Below are positions 24,709 to 38,680 of a stretch of DNA of 64,000 nt, piece after piece. How positions within the stretch are numbered: position 1 is the first letter of the stretch; the number at the start of each line of letters is the position of its first letter. A program made the translations under genes and the position numbers. The notes under the pieces are model-generated. The model worked only from the letters and a program-made list of their open reading frames with translations. It did no database searches and was not told where the DNA came from. This DNA is from the human T2T-CHM13v2.0 reference genome, Homo sapiens. Location of the stretch: assembly GCF_009914755.1 (NCBI RefSeq), contig NC_060936.1. One strand, given 5' to 3'.

Positions 24709-27700
24709 GACTTCCACTTTCCGGTCTAATATGTAAAAGGTTGAGAAATCATGACTCCGGTCCTCAGAACAAGAAAAAATCTGACAAACATCTCTTCTTA
24801 GAGCCATCAGAGGATTGAGGTCACAGGAAAAATTGCTGCCCTAAAACTAGAGACTGGAGGGCAAACACTGAGAATCACAACTTACCAGGAGCAGAAAAGT
24901 CCAGAGCAAAACTAGCAGCTGGAGCCAATATTGGTAGAAATACTTTAAACTGTAATTGATGAAATGCTGGAAGCTCAGTGTAGATTCACTTGACAGTTAA
25001 GACGTCTGAGGAAGTCAGTCTTGACGGTGGGGGTTGGGGGGATGAGTGGGGATTGGCAGGAGGTGAGGGAATGCTTTCTTGAGTTTTAGGTTCTCATGCT
25101 CAGGACCAGAGAAAAACCCTGCTATGCATCCAGTAGCGGGAGGAGAACAGTAAGCATTTTGAAATAGGCACTGAGCTCTCTGTTCTCCTTAAGGTCTGCT
25201 CTTCAAGGGAAACAATTTTACCACACAACTCCAGCCCCATCTAGCCCTTGATGTGTGGGAAGAGAAATACCAACTCAAGCTCATTAAAAGACTAAGACCA
25301 TCTATAAAATTATTTCCCTTCCCTGACACCTTACCATCACATCAATAGGGCTCCTCTATAAACATTGTGAATTACACCTAAAAAATGCTACAAGGCTCAC
25401 ATCCTATTTGGAGAGTCTCTAAGAAAATCTAAAGAAAATAAGGAGTCAATAATATGGCCATAAAGAGAAAAATCTTAGCTCTGACACTACATTACAACAC
25501 ATGGTAAACAGGCTAATTCCTAGCCAGAAAAATGTGAATCTTCACATTTAAGGCCTATTTACTTCAGTTCCTTTTACTTGCTGCATTATGTCCAGCTTTC
25601 AACAGCAACAAGAAAAGTATAAGGCATGATGAAAGGCAAAAGCACTCTAAGAGACAAAACAGGCATCAAACCAGACTTAGCTATGACACAAATTTTGGAA
25701 TTATTCGACTGAGAATTTAAAATAATGATAAATAATATGCTGAGGGCTATAATGAAAAAGTAAATAATATGCAAGAAAAGATGGGTAATGTAAGAATAGA
25801 GATGGAGACTTTAAGAAAAAATTTAAAAGAACAATTAAAATTCAAAAACACTGTAACAGAAATGAAGAATGCCTTTGATGAACTCATTGGTAGACTAGAC
25901 ATGGCCAAGGAAAGAATCATTAAGCTTGAAGATATGTCAGTAGAAACTTTGAAAACAGAAATGCAAAGAGATAAAATAATAAAACGGATAAAACAAAAAT
26001 CAATTATAAATTTAATCCAATCCCAAATGTCATCCTAGGTAAGTTGTTTTGTAGATATTGACTAACTGACTGTAAAGTTTATATGAAAAGGCAGAAAAAC
26101 CAGAGTAGCCAACACAATATCAAAGAAGAAGGACAAAGTTGGAGGACAGACATTACTCAACTTCCAGACCTACTACAAAGCTACAGTAAATAATACTATG
26201 TGATATTAATTATTTAGAGTGAATTTTTGAGTATGTAATATATAGAGATGTAATATGCACAAAAATAATAAACCTCAAAATGGTGGAAAGACTGAATCTT
26301 TATAGGAGTAAATTGTCTGTATTTCACTGAAATTAAGTTAGGATAAATCAGAAGTGGATTTTGATAAATTAATAAACACATTGTAAGTCATAGAACAATT
26401 ATTTTAAAAATAACTCAAATTATTTTCAAAATATTAAGGGACTTATACTAGAAAATATCCAGTAATACAAAAAAGCAGTAAAGAAGAAGCAAAGAAACAA
26501 AAAAAAAGTAGGATATATATGTAAAACAAAACACAAAAAAGCAGATGGAAATCTAACCACGTTAATAATAACATTAAATGGGAATGAATTAATCAATTTA
26601 ATCAAAATGTAGAGATGGTCAGTTAAAATTTTAAAAAGCAAGACCCAAGTGTATGGTGTCTACAGGAGACCTACTTTAAATTCAAAGATGCAAAGAGATT
26701 GAAAATAAAAAGATAGAAAAGGAGATTCCAGGAAGACATCAACCATAAAAGAGCTCACATGTCTACAATAAGACAAAACAGATTTTCAAACAAAAAACAA
26801 TTTTTACATAGAAAAATATATATCTCATAGTGACACAAGAGTCAACTGATTAAGAAAATATAACAATTCAAGCATGTATACACCTAACAACATTTCAAAA
26901 TATAGCAAAAATTGACAAATACAAAGACAGAAATAAACATTCAATAATTTCATTATCCTGTATGCAATAATAAACAGAACAACTAAGTAGAAAAGTAAAG
27001 AAAAATGGAAGACTTAGCCAAGTGAATCAACTAGTCTTAACAGGTATCTATATAACACACCATTCAACAACAGCAAAATGCATATTCTGCTCAACAAAAA
27101 CTTGTATGCATGTTCATAGTAGCATTATTCAGAAAATCAAACAAGTGAAAACAACCTATATTTCAATAACTAGTAAATGAATGAATAAAATGATGTATAT
27201 ACAATATTCAGCTAAATAAATGAAATATGGACAACTGCTACATGATATGACTGCATTTATATGAATGCACAGAGTTGGCAAGTCTATGGAGAGTAAAAGT
27301 AAACTGGAGTTTTCATAGGGCTAGGGTAGAGGAGGTAATTCAAAATGATTGCAAAAGGAAATGGAATTTTTTAGAGGATGAAGAAAAGTTCTAAAATTAT
27401 TTTGAGGTTATCATTGAATGACTGTGAATATACTAAAAATATTGAATTGTACACTTTAAATGAGTAAATAAATTTAATACACCATTTGCCAAGTGACCTT
27501 CCGCCTCTTGCTTTTAAAGTTTTGTTACCCACCACCTACAAAAGGCTTCTCTAATTCTCATTCTGAATAATTGTTTATTTCTTGGCTAGTACACCACATT
27601 GAATTTTGTATATCAAATTTTTAAGTTACTACACCTGGATGCTATAAGCCATAATGAAAGAGGAAATTTTCACATTTATTTTATATACTTTTTCAATGTA

Positions 27701-28030
27701 AATGCTTTATGATACATTTTAATTATATTTGTAGAAATCTGACTGCTCAAAAAGACAAAAGAGGATCAGACATAAAATAAATAATTGATGTCATCCACCA
27801 ATAAAGAATAAGTAACACTGGGTCATGGTGCATGTTCTTCTTAATGTGCTGTTGCATTCAATTTGCTAGTATTTTGTTCAGAATTTTTGCATTCATGTTC
27901 ATCAGGAGTATTGAGTTGTAGTTCCCTTTTCTTGCAGTGTCTTTGGCTTTGGTATCAGGGTTAAATGGGTAAAGTTTGTGTTATGTGAATTACATCTCAA
28001 TAAAACTGTTTAAAAACAAAATGAATAAAA
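24709..28030 (+). mobile_element. Composite of old L1M fragments (5' end, ORF1 coiled-coil remnant, ORF2 pieces, 3'UTR)
   Basis: ORF 25769-26038 (EMKNAFDELIGRLDMAKERI) is L1M ORF1-like; ORF2 C-terminal piece 26010-26200; endonuclease-like 26560-27090; 3'UTR 27095-27468 resuming at 27961. Confidence 0.75.
27818..27960 (-). mobile_element. Short antisense L1 ORF2 fragment
   Basis: Reverse complement reads 'ccctgataccaaagcc...ctgatgaacatgaatgcaaaaattctgaacaaaatactagcaaa'. Confidence 0.8.
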
Positions 28031-28302
28031 AATGAAAATATGAAAGGGACCACCACCCTTTTATTTTTAAAACCTTTAATGGTCACATTAATATCTGAAA
28101 TTCTCCCCAGAAAGGTGAAATTACATCTGATTAGCTATCTCTGAGAGTGGGGTGCTGAGCGACAGATGTAGATTAATGGTTTTCACTTAACTTTTTCTTC
28201 CATAACTGCTCTTATTCCACAGGTCATTAAACCTATGTGAGAGTTCTGCCAGAAACTAAGTTCATTCAAAGAAATATTGGAAGAATATTTACTACATATA
28301 CT

Positions 28303-29546
28303 TATATTTATTTTTTTTAAACTGTCAGAAATTTAGGACTACATGTGGTCTTTTATCACATGAATGAATTGTATAGTGGTGAACTCTAGGATTTTAGTGC
28401 CCCAATCACCTGAGTAGTGTACATTGTTCCCAATAGTTAGTTTTTCATCCCTCACCCCCTTCCCAACCTACCCTGTTCTGTGTCTCCAATGTTTATTATG
28501 CCACTCTGTATGCCTTTGCATATCCATGGCTTAGCTCCCACATGTAAGCAAGAAAATGTGGTATGTGGTTTTTGATTCCCAAGTAACTTCAATTAGTGTA
28601 ATGGTCTCCAGCTGCATCCAAATTGCTGCAAAATACATTATTTTATTCTTTTTTATGGCTGAGCAGTGTTCCATTGTATTAGTTTGTTTTCACACTGCTG
28701 ATAAAGACATACCTAAGACTGGTAATTTATAAAGAAAAAGAGGTTTAATGGACTCACAGTTTCACATGGCTGGGGAGGCCTCACAATCATGGCAGAAAGC
28801 AAAAGGCACATCTTACAAGGTGGCAAGCAAGAAAGAACAAGAGCCATGCAAAAGGGGAAACCCCTTATAAAATCATCAGGTCTTGTGAAACTTATTCACT
28901 ACCATGAGAACAGTATGGGGAAACCACCCCCATGATTCAATTATCTCCCACCAGGTCCCCCAATAAAACATAGGAAATATGGGAGCTACAATTCAAGATG
29001 AGATTTGGGTGGGGACATAGCCAAACCATATCATCTATAGCAGATGTATACCAGACTGTTTAATTTCTACATATTTGTATAGTTTTAGGGGTTTCTTCTG
29101 GAATTGATTTCTAGGTTTATTTTCCACCATGATCTGAGAAGATACTTAATATGACTTTGATTTTTAAAAATGTATTGAGACTTGTTTTATGGTCTATTAT
29201 ATGGCCTATCTTGGAGAATGTTCCATGTGCTGATGAGAATAATGAATATTCTGCAGTCGTTGAGTAGAATGTTCTGTAAATATCTGTTAGGCCCATTTGT
29301 TTTAGGCTCATTTGTTCTAGAGTGCAGCTTAAATCCAGTCTTTCTTTGTAGACTTTCTGCCTTGATGATCTGTCTAGTGCTGTCAATAGAGTGTTGAATT
29401 CCCTCATTATTATTTTGTTGTTTTCTATCTCTTTTCTTAGTTCTAGTAGTAATTGCTTTATGAATCTTAAAGCTATAGAGTTCGGTTCATATATATTTAT
29501 AATTGTTATATATTTTTGTTGAATTAATCATTTTATCATTATATAA
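28303..29546 (-). mobile_element. L1PB-like element, internally deleted, interrupted by THE1 and cut by MER11
   Basis: Poly(T) and 3'UTR at 28303-28674; jumps at ~29058 to the endonuclease region (ORF 29117-29407, FNTLLTALDRSSRQK). Confidence 0.85.
28675..29033 (-). mobile_element. THE1 (THE1C-like) solo LTR
   Basis: tgtattag...ccaaaccatatca termini; 5-bp TSD tccat/tctat. Confidence 0.93.
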
Positions 29547-30037
29547 TGTTGCAAGAAGTCAGGGACCCTGAACGGAGGGACTGGCTGGAGCCAAGGCAGA
29601 AGAACATAAATTGTGAAGATTTCATGGACACTTATCAGTTCCCAAAATTAATACTTTTATAATTTCTTACGCCTGTCTTTACTTCAATCTCTGAACATAA
29701 ATTGTGAAGATTTCATGGACATTTACCACTTCCCTAATAATATTCTTATAATTTCTTATTCCTATCTTTACTTTAATCTCTTAATCCTGTTATCTTCATA
29801 AGCTGAGAATGTACATCACCTCAGGACCACTATTGTGCAAATTAATTGTAAAACATGTGTGTTTGAACAATATGAAATCAGCGCACCCTGAAAAAGAACA
29901 GAATAACAGCGATTTTCAGGGAACAAGGGAAGATAACCATAAGGTCTGACTGCCTGTGGGCTTGGGCAGGATAGAGCCATATTTTTCTTCTCACAGAAAG
30001 CCTATAGACGGATGTGCAGGTAGGAGAAGTATCACTC
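29547..30037 (+). mobile_element. MER11 (HML-8/HERVK11) LTR, 5' half only
   Basis: Starts 'tgttgcaagaagtcagggaccctgaacggaggga'; has the characteristic internal repeat 'gaacataaattgtgaagatttcatggaca' twice. Confidence 0.9.
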
Positions 30038-30065
30038 ATCTCTGGGATTGGAGCAAGAGTGGACT

Positions 30066-30375
<310 letters not shown>

Positions 30376-30698
30376 TCAAACTTTCTGGCTTATCTAGGGG
30401 TTTCCCAAGGATTAGTTCCTATTTCACCTAAGAGCACAGACAGGAACAACAGCAGAGTTTGGAAGCTGCTGAACACAGGACAGCAACATTTTAGAACTGC
30501 AGTTCTATAAGCAGACACCAGAGTGAACAGAGATCAGAAAAGATTAGAGAGGTCCTAGAACCTCCAGCTGGGGTGATTGGTGAAAATTGTCCTTTGCAAA
30601 AATCTAGTACACAATGACTGAAAGAGATAGCTGTTTTTACAAATACCCAAATCCTAGGGGAAAAAATGTATAATACAAAGAAGAGAGAAATATGGCCC

Positions 30699-31613
30699 TG
30701 TGATATCATAAAATATGTTTGGTCTTTGACCTTATTTCGTGACACACAATATTTTAAATCCTTACAATTTCCAAAGTGATGTATTTTTGTGTGGTAATCA
30801 TTGACTGATGGCTGGCAGCCCCTAGGTAGCTGCAGGATGGGACAGGTTATCAGAAAGATCAAGGCAGGATTAGAAGGTTGTGTCTTTTAGTCCTACCCCC
30901 AACCTCTGGGGATAGGAGAAAGGCTGAAGGTTAGGTTCATCACTACTGGCCAAGGTTTAATCAGTCATGTTTACCTAACGAAGCCTCCATGGAAACCTCA
31001 AAAGACAGAGTTTGGAGAGCTTTCAAAAAGCTGAACATGTGGAGGCTTATAGGAAGGTGAACAAAAACTCATCCATGTGTCAGGAGGTAGAGCACTCCAG
31101 TTCTACAGGGGCAGAAGCTCTTGCACTAAGGATCCTTCCAGACTTCACCCAATGTATCTTTTAATCTGGATGTTTATTCATCTCTTTAAAAATATCCTTT
31201 GTAAAAAACTGATAAATGTAAGTAAGTGTTTCCCCTGAGTTCTGTCAGCAGCTCTAGCAAATTAACTGAACTCAAGGGTTGGGGGGTGGTCTTGAGAACG
31301 TTGATTTATCACTGGTTGATCAGATGTTCTGGAGGCCCAAACTTGCAACTCATATCTGAAATTGGAAGGAGCAGTCTTGGACACTTAGCCTCAACATGTG
31401 GAATCTGACACTAGTTTTAGGTAGATAACATCAGAATTAAATTGGAGGACACTGAGTGGGTGTCTGCTGCACAATTGATTGCTTGCTAGTTGGTGGGGAA
31501 AACCCCTCCCACATTTGGTCACAGAAGTCTTCTGTGTTGATCACTGTGGTGTGAAAGCAGAAGAAAAACACAGTTTGAGGTTTCATTTTTATTTTTTGTT
31601 TTTTTTACACACA
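30699..31613 (+). mobile_element. MER21 (ERVL) 5' LTR
   Basis: tgtgata...ca termini; 'ggctggcagcccctaggtagc...aaggcaggattagaaggttg' MER21 motifs; followed by a PBS. Confidence 0.85.
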
Positions 31614-31615
31614 AT

Positions 31616-31633
31616 TGGTGTCAGAAGTGGGAA
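31616..31633 (+). other. tRNA-Leu primer binding site
   Basis: tggtgtcagaagtgggaa, complementary to the tRNA-Leu 3' end, just after the LTR. Confidence 0.85.
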
Positions 31634-32756
31634 TTGCTAGAATGGCCCTGGCTCATGAAAAGAATGGGAGGGTAGAAGATGACTTAAGGTAAAAGTTACC
31701 AGTGGAATTTAGAGATAAATCCAACTCACAGGGAGTTGGTTCACTAGACACATAAAGAAATGCAAACAAATAAGAAAAAAGCAAAATATCCAATCATTTG
31801 GTTATTGTTATCTATAACAGCTAACATGAAATGAAATGATATGCTGGGTTTGACCTTGATGCTACATCAAGTTTAGATTTCAGTGAGTTTGAGCTTCATC
31901 ACTAGCCTCAAAGCTGCCCCATGTGGGCAAAATATTTGGGGGACAACACAACTTGAGATCTGTGGTTACTATGAAGTTTATCAATGTGGGAGAAGAAAAC
32001 AACCAAGAAACTATTAAAACTATTGATCTTATCAGCTCCCTGAGGAACTTTTACTAAAATGCATTGTAAGGGTAACTTGTATAGGAGAAGTGTCTTTCAT
32101 TTTAAATGCAGAGTGGGAGAACATGTTTGGGTTGATGCAGGACCCACAGCTCACTATTGAACAATCACAGATGGCTATATGTGATCTTGACATACAAAAG
32201 GTTATTCTCAAGGGAACAGCCAGCCTGGTGGACTAGATAAAACCACTATAAGGTCTGCTTACCCTGAGAAGGGAGACTGTTCAACTCCATCTATAAATGT
32301 CAAGTGGAACAGCCCAGATGAAGCAGCTTCATATGCAATCCATGTGGAACTGTCTTTATGAGAACCGGAACTGAGACATTCACATTCTACATGCCCATTA
32401 CCCAGGTCATGTTTTTAAAAAGGGTGGGGGGGAGTGTCCTTTCTGCATGGGCATTAATGTAAATGTACCACTGCAAAATCAAGTTACAGTCAGAGAAACC
32501 TTATCAAATTTGCTATCTCAGCTTCTTCTCATGAGTCTGACAAATGCTAATAAAAATAATAGATTAACAAAAGATTGGTGAAGAGTAGAGTTTAAAGACT
32601 CATCGCAGGAAAGTGGAAATGTTTAAATGGTTATTAAGAAATAGGGGAATTTTAAAAACCTTGGTGAGATGAAACTGAGAGGAAAACGAAAAGCAAAAAT
32701 GATGGGACTCATCTCAGCAGAGTGGGAATCTTTAGATAGCTATTAAGAAATAAAAT
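31616..32756 (+). mobile_element. MER21/ERVL internal region (degenerate), cut by L1
   Basis: Follows LTR and PBS; ERVL gag-like 'aagtggaacagcccagatgaagcagc'; no 3' LTR in the window. Confidence 0.65.
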
Positions 32757-33723
32757 GAGGGACTTTATCAAAGATGGCTGACTAGATGCAGCTGGGAAGT
32801 GCTGTCCTCACAGAGAGAAACCAAAATTTTGACTACACCAACATAATTTGAACAGATCTGTGATGAGAAAACACCAAATGTGGATGGGGAAAAGACACAG
32901 TTGCTGAGTCGGAAGAGGGGGAAAGCTGGGAATCCCATGTGGAGTGCCCAAATGCTGTGGCTGGTTTCTAAACAGGACCTGTCAAAGGGGTGAGTAAATA
33001 AAGGGGCTGGAGGACTGCTCACTCTTGCTGTGGACCTCTAGGATCCTACCTTCAGGTGACTTCACTCTACCATGGACATGGCAGCTGGCAGGAGAATCTC
33101 CCCAGAGATTACACAGAGAGAGATGAAGCAGGCATAGATCCTGGGAACTTTGACCATGCATCAGCTCCAAGGGAGCCCGGCCATAAGCACTCACCCCGCA
33201 GGGCTGCCTGTCTCCCTCCCTTTGAGAGGCCCTGGCCCCAGCTAACTGCTAGAGGAAAAGCAGGGACTGCTTCTCTGCGGAACTGGGGCACATCTATCCT
33301 GCAGGCCTACTTGCCCACTTGCCTGGCTGTCCTGTAGGAGTGTGTACACAGTACAGCCTCTGCTGCCCAGCCTGAGTGCTTTGCTCCACCTAAGTGCATT
33401 CTTTCAGCCTAGGAGCGCTTCAGCTCCCACAACGCGGCAGAACCCACCCCCCAGCATCTGGAGGAGGGAGCACCATCAAGTCCTGGTATCCCAGAACAGC
33501 AGCCTGCAGCTCAGTAATGCCAAGCTGGGATCTGTGGTCAGCACTTAAACAGGGGAGAAGCCCAGACTCTCAGAAAACTGTGAAGGCTGAGTTTAACATG
33601 TTTATGGGCTGGCATGGGACCTAGCTGTGTCTCCCTCCACAGGGCTGGTCTAGTAAAGGTGTGGCCTATTTCCTGATCAGACCTCTCCCCAAGGGAGCCC
33701 CATGGCCAGAATGACCTATCAAC

Positions 33724-34260
33724 TGTAGCATATAATAAATTCCTCTTCAAATGTTTTAGCCTGTCAATTGTTAAGTACAATTAGTTCTGAGATCCTCTCC
33801 AAAGAACCAATGTATCAGTATGTTCAGCTCCCCTGTTCTTTGATCCGCATTTTAAAGTTTAAGTTCCTCATTCTCTTCATCTCCTTGCCCCTAGTTTCAG
33901 TAAACAACACCCTCCTATCCTCTATCACCTGCTGCATCCTGAGTCACCTCTGGTCACCTGCTCCATCCTAAGTCACCCCTGGTCACCTGCTCCATCCTGA
34001 GTCACCCCTGGTCACCTGCTCCATCCTGAGTCACCCCTGGTCACCTGCTCTGACCTGAGTCATCCTGAGTCACCTGTTCTGTAAGCATCCTTCTTGCCAA
34101 ACTACTCACTCTGCCACTCTGGCTCATACCCCTGCTCTCTTTAAAATAGCCATTCAGAATTAGCTTAGACTGTGCAGTCCAACCCTAGCCAATAGGGAAC
34201 AACGAAGCAGTAGGGGCTACCTGCATCAGGGATAAGAACCCCTTCCCCTCCCTTGTTCAA
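33724..34260 (+). mobile_element. LTR10 (LTR10A/F-like, HERV-I group) LTR, 3'-truncated
   Basis: tgt start; 'gttctgagatcctctccaaagaaccaatgtatcagtatgttcagctcccc'; internal 29-bp tandem array; CCAAT at ~34190. Confidence 0.82.
33925..34077. promoter_or_regulatory. 29-bp tandem array carrying AP-1 motifs
   Basis: Unit tcacctgctccatcctgagtcacccctgg x4 plus a variant unit; perfect TGAGTCA at 33940, 33998, 34027, 34056, 34066; TAAGTCA at 33969. Confidence 0.8.
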
Positions 34261-37200
34261 TATGATCATCACCATGGGACCTAGTAAACAGATTCTCCAA
34301 GGTCAATGCAAAAAAAAAATATCTTAAAGACAGCTAGAGAGAAGGGCCAGGTTACTTAAGAGGAAACTTCATCAAGCAGCAGCAGACTTCTCAGGAGAAA
34401 CCTTACACATCAGAAGAGATTGGGGACAGACCTTCAACATCATTGAAGTAAAGAAATTTGAACAAAAACGTTTATATCCTGCCTAGCCGAGATTCATAAT
34501 TAAAGGAGAAATAAAATCCTTCTCAGACAAGTAAGTGCTGAGGGAATACATTTCAATTGGACCAGCCTTAGAGGAGGTTCTTAAGAAAGTGCTAAACATA
34601 GATTTGAAAGAATAACACCTACTACCATAATAGCACACTTAAGCACATAACCCACAGGCACTATAAAGCAATTACACAATGAAGTCTACATAACGACCAG
34701 CTAACAATATGATGACAGGATCAAAATCACACATTTCAATAGTAACTTTAAATATAAGTGAGGTAAATGACCCATTTAAAAGACCCAGAGTGGCAGACTG
34801 GATAAAAAGACATGACCCAACCATCTGTTGTCTTCAAGAGACCCATCTCACATGTAACAATACCCACAGTTTAAAAGTAAAAGGGTGGATTTAGATCTAC
34901 CATGCAAACAGAAGACAAAAAAAAAGGGCAGGGGTTTCTATTTTTATATCAGATAAAACAGACCTTAAACCAACAAAAATCAAGAAGAACAATAAAGAGC
35001 AATACATAATGATAAAGGGTACAATCCAACAAGAAGCCCTAACTATACTAAATATATACGTGCCCAACTCTGGAGTATACATATTCATAAAACAACTTTT
35101 TGGCCTATGAAAACACATAAGACAACTACACAATAATGGTGGGAGACTTCAACACCCCCCTTACAGTGTTAGATCATCAAGGCAAAAAAATAACAAGGAA
35201 AATCTGGACTTAAAATCGATACTTGTTAAATTGGACCTAATAGACATCTACAGAATACTCCACCCAACAACACAGAATGTACATTCCCCTTATCTGCAAA
35301 TGGAACAAATTCTAAGATCAACCACACTTGATTGGTCATAAAGCAAGCCTCAATACATTAAAAAAAATTGAATTCATACCAAGCAAAATATCAGAAAACA
35401 GTGCAATAAAAATAGAAATTAATACCAAGAAGATCTCTCAAAAATACACAAATGCATGGAAGTTAAACAACTTACACCTGAATAACTACTAGGTGAACAT
35501 CAAAATTAAGGCAGAAATTTTTTAAATTCTTTGAAATTATTGAAAATAGGGACAAAACTTACCAAAATCTCTGGGATGCAGCCAAAACAGTGTTAAGAGG
35601 AAAGTTAATGGACCTACATGCCTTAATAAAGTAGCTAGAAAGGTTTCAAAGCAACAATCTAACTTCACACATAAAGTCCTAGGAAAAGAAAAACAAACCA
35701 ACTCCAAACTAGAAGAAAAGAAATAACTAAAATTAAAGAAGAATTTAATGAAATTGAGATACAAAAATTTATACAAAAAGAATCAATGAAACCAAGAGCT
35801 GTTTCTTCAAAAAAATTAGATGAAATGAAATTGATAGACCCCCTAGCTGGATTAACAACAACAACAACAAGAAAGAAGATCCAGATAAGCACAATCAGAA
35901 ACAAAAAATGTGATATTACCATTGATCCCACAAAAGATCGTCAAAGATTATTATGAACAACTCTGTGAAACAAAATACAAAATCTAGAGGAAATAAATTC
36001 CTGGAAGTGTACAATCTCCCAAGATTGAATCAAGAAGAGGCTAAAACCCTAAATAGATCAATATCAACTTCTAAAATTGAATTAGTAATAACCTATTAAC
36101 AACAGTAAAAAAGTCTTGAGCAGATGGATTCACAAATTCTACTAGACATACAAACAAGAACTGATACTTAACCTACTGAAACTATTCCAAAAAATTGAGG
36201 AGGAGGTGCTTCTCACTAACTCATTCTATGAAGCCAGCATTAGCCTGAAACCAAAGTCTAGCAGAGACAAAACAAAGAAACTTCAGACCAATATCCCTCA
36301 TGAATATAGATGCAAAACTCTTCAACAAAAGACTAGCAAATTGAATCCAGAAGCACACCAAAAAGTTAATACACCACAGTCAAGAAGGCTTTATACTTAG
36401 GATGCATAGCTCATTTAACATATGCAAATCAATAAACACGTTTGATTGTCACATAAACAGAATCAAAAGCAAAAACCATATCATCATATTAATAAATGCA
36501 GAAAAATTCTCAATAAAATCCAACATCCCTTTATAACAAAACTCTCAAAAGACTAGGCATAGAAGAAACATACCCCAAAATAATAAGAGCTATCTATGAC
36601 AAGCCCACAGCCAACATTATACTAATTGGGCAAAAGGTGGAACCATTGCCCTTGAGAACTAGAACAAGACAAGGATGCCCATTCTTGCCAGTTGCATTAA
36701 ACATAGTATTGGAAGTCTTAGCCAGAGCAATCAGACAAGAGAAAGAAATAAAAAGGCTTCCAAATAGGAAAAAAAAAGTCAAACTATCTCTATTCACTGG
36801 CAATATAATTCTATACTTGGGAAAATCATAAAGATTCTGCCAAAAGGCTCCTAGAATTGATAGAAAACTTCAGTAAAGTTTCAGGATTAAAAAAAATCAA
36901 TGTAGAAAAATCAGGAGCATGTCTATACACCAACAACATCCAGGCTGAGAATCTAATCAAGAATACAATCCTACTTACAATAATCACAAAGAAAATGACA
37001 CACCTAGGAATATAGCTAACCAAGGATGTGAAAGATCTCTCCAAGGATAACCACAAGACACTGCAGAAAAAATCAGAGATGACACAAATAAATGGAAAAA
37101 TGTTCCATGCTTATGGATTGGAAGAATAAATACTGTAAACATGGCCATATTTGCCCAAAACAATGTACAGATTCAAGATATTCCTATCAAGCTAACAACA

Positions 37201-37795
37201 TCACTCTTCACAGAATTACAAAATACTAATCTAAAACTCATATTGAATCAAAAACCGAATAGCCAAAGCAATCCTAAGCAAAAGGAACAATGCCAGAGGC
37301 ATTAAACTATCCAACTTAAAAATATACTATAAAGCCACAGTAACCAAAACAGCTTGGCACAAAACAGGTACCAAAAAAAAGTACAAAAACAGACAAATAT
37401 ACCAATGGAACAGAATAGAAAACTCAGAAGTAAAGCTACACACCTACAACCACCTGACCTTTGAACAGGCTGACAAAAACAAGTATTAGAGAAAGGACTC
37501 CCTATTCAATAAATGGTACTGGAATAACTGGCTAGCCATATGCAGAGGATTGAAGCTGGGCCCCTCCCTTTTACTACAAGCAAAATTAACTCAAAATGAA
37601 CTAAAGATTTAAATGTAAGACCTCAACCTATAAAAATTTTGGAAGACAACCTAGGAAATACTCTTATCAACATCAGCCATGGCAAAGAATTTTTGGCTAA
37701 GTCGCTAAAACCAATTGCAACAAAAACAAAAATAGACAAGTGAGACATGATTAAACTAAAGAGCTTCTGCACAGCAAAAGAAATGATCAACATAG

Positions 37796-38253
37796 TGTGA
37801 AAAAAACATTTTAATGGTCCATCATTATGGTATGATACACCTAAGTACTGGTAACCAGCCTGTAGACATGACAAACCACATGCCTCATGCACCTAAAAAG
37901 TCACGATAAGTGAACAGAATGTAGACGAGGGGTGAGCTCATAAAAGAGAATAAAGTTTTGTTATTGGGAAATTGAAACTTAAGCAAGAAAAGGGACTGGG
38001 GTATGACCCTTTAAGGGGATAATGGAACTTGGGTGACATCTGGGAAGATTGTAACCCCATAGTACTCAACCAATGAGGAACTGGGGGAGGGACTTGTGTG
38101 CTAGGAAATGAATTGCATGCTGTAACTGCCCCAGGTGTGTCTGCCTACCAGACACCCAATCTTGCAAGACTGCCACTAAAAGTCTCACTTCTGCTGTTCT
38201 TTGTGTCTCTGAGTCCATTCTTTGGGGTTGGACAGGTGAATGTGTTTCTCACA
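37796..38253 (+). repeat. 5' LTR (458 bp)
   Basis: TG...CA termini; roughly 85% identical by eye to 55891-56284. Confidence 0.93.
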
Positions 38254-38257
38254 AGCT

Positions 38258-38275
38258 TGGGGGCTCATCTGTGCC
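38258..38275 (+). other. Degenerate tRNA-Pro primer binding site
   Basis: tgggggctcatctg versus the canonical TGGGGGCTCGTCCGGGAT. Confidence 0.7.
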
Positions 38276-38680
38276 TGCATGAGGTGGGACTCTGGCTGAG
38301 ACGGGAGATGTGTCCCACCCAATTTTAGGTGGCCCACTCTGAGCATTTTGGCTCCCCACAGAGGCCATAGACAAATTCAAGACTATTATTCAGGAGGCAG
38401 CAAAGGTGACACAGGGAGAAAAAGCAGGCACCATGGCAACCAGTCAACTTGTGCATGAGCCAAGGTAGGAAAATTGGACTGTAAGTACTGCCTTGGTGGT
38501 TGGGCATTTTTGGAGGTCATGTGTGCGTGACTGAGACACATCCCAGATATGAAGCAAGTGCAGAGTCCCAATCCACCATTCTGTTCTCCCATGAAGCAAT
38601 TCTCTAGGTGTGCAAGAAACCTCCAGCAGGGGGAGTTGAGTACATAGGAAAAAAAACTCAAACACAGAGACTTACCGAAA

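Larger units (their letters stand above)
32758..37795 (+). mobile_element. Old L1PA (about PA13-16), 5' part
   Basis: 5'UTR 'aagatggctgactagatgcagc'; ORF1 C-terminus from 34261; ORF2 from 34709 (MTGSKSHISIVTLN), heavily mutated; interrupted by LTR10 and by the provirus at 37796. Confidence 0.9.

Noticed and set aside
29602-29780. Direct repeat within the MER11 LTR
   Set aside because: As I recall it is a built-in feature of MER11 consensus sequences, not locus-specific.
33925-34077. CRISPR-like array
   Set aside because: Head-to-tail units with no unique spacers, inside an LTR, in human DNA.
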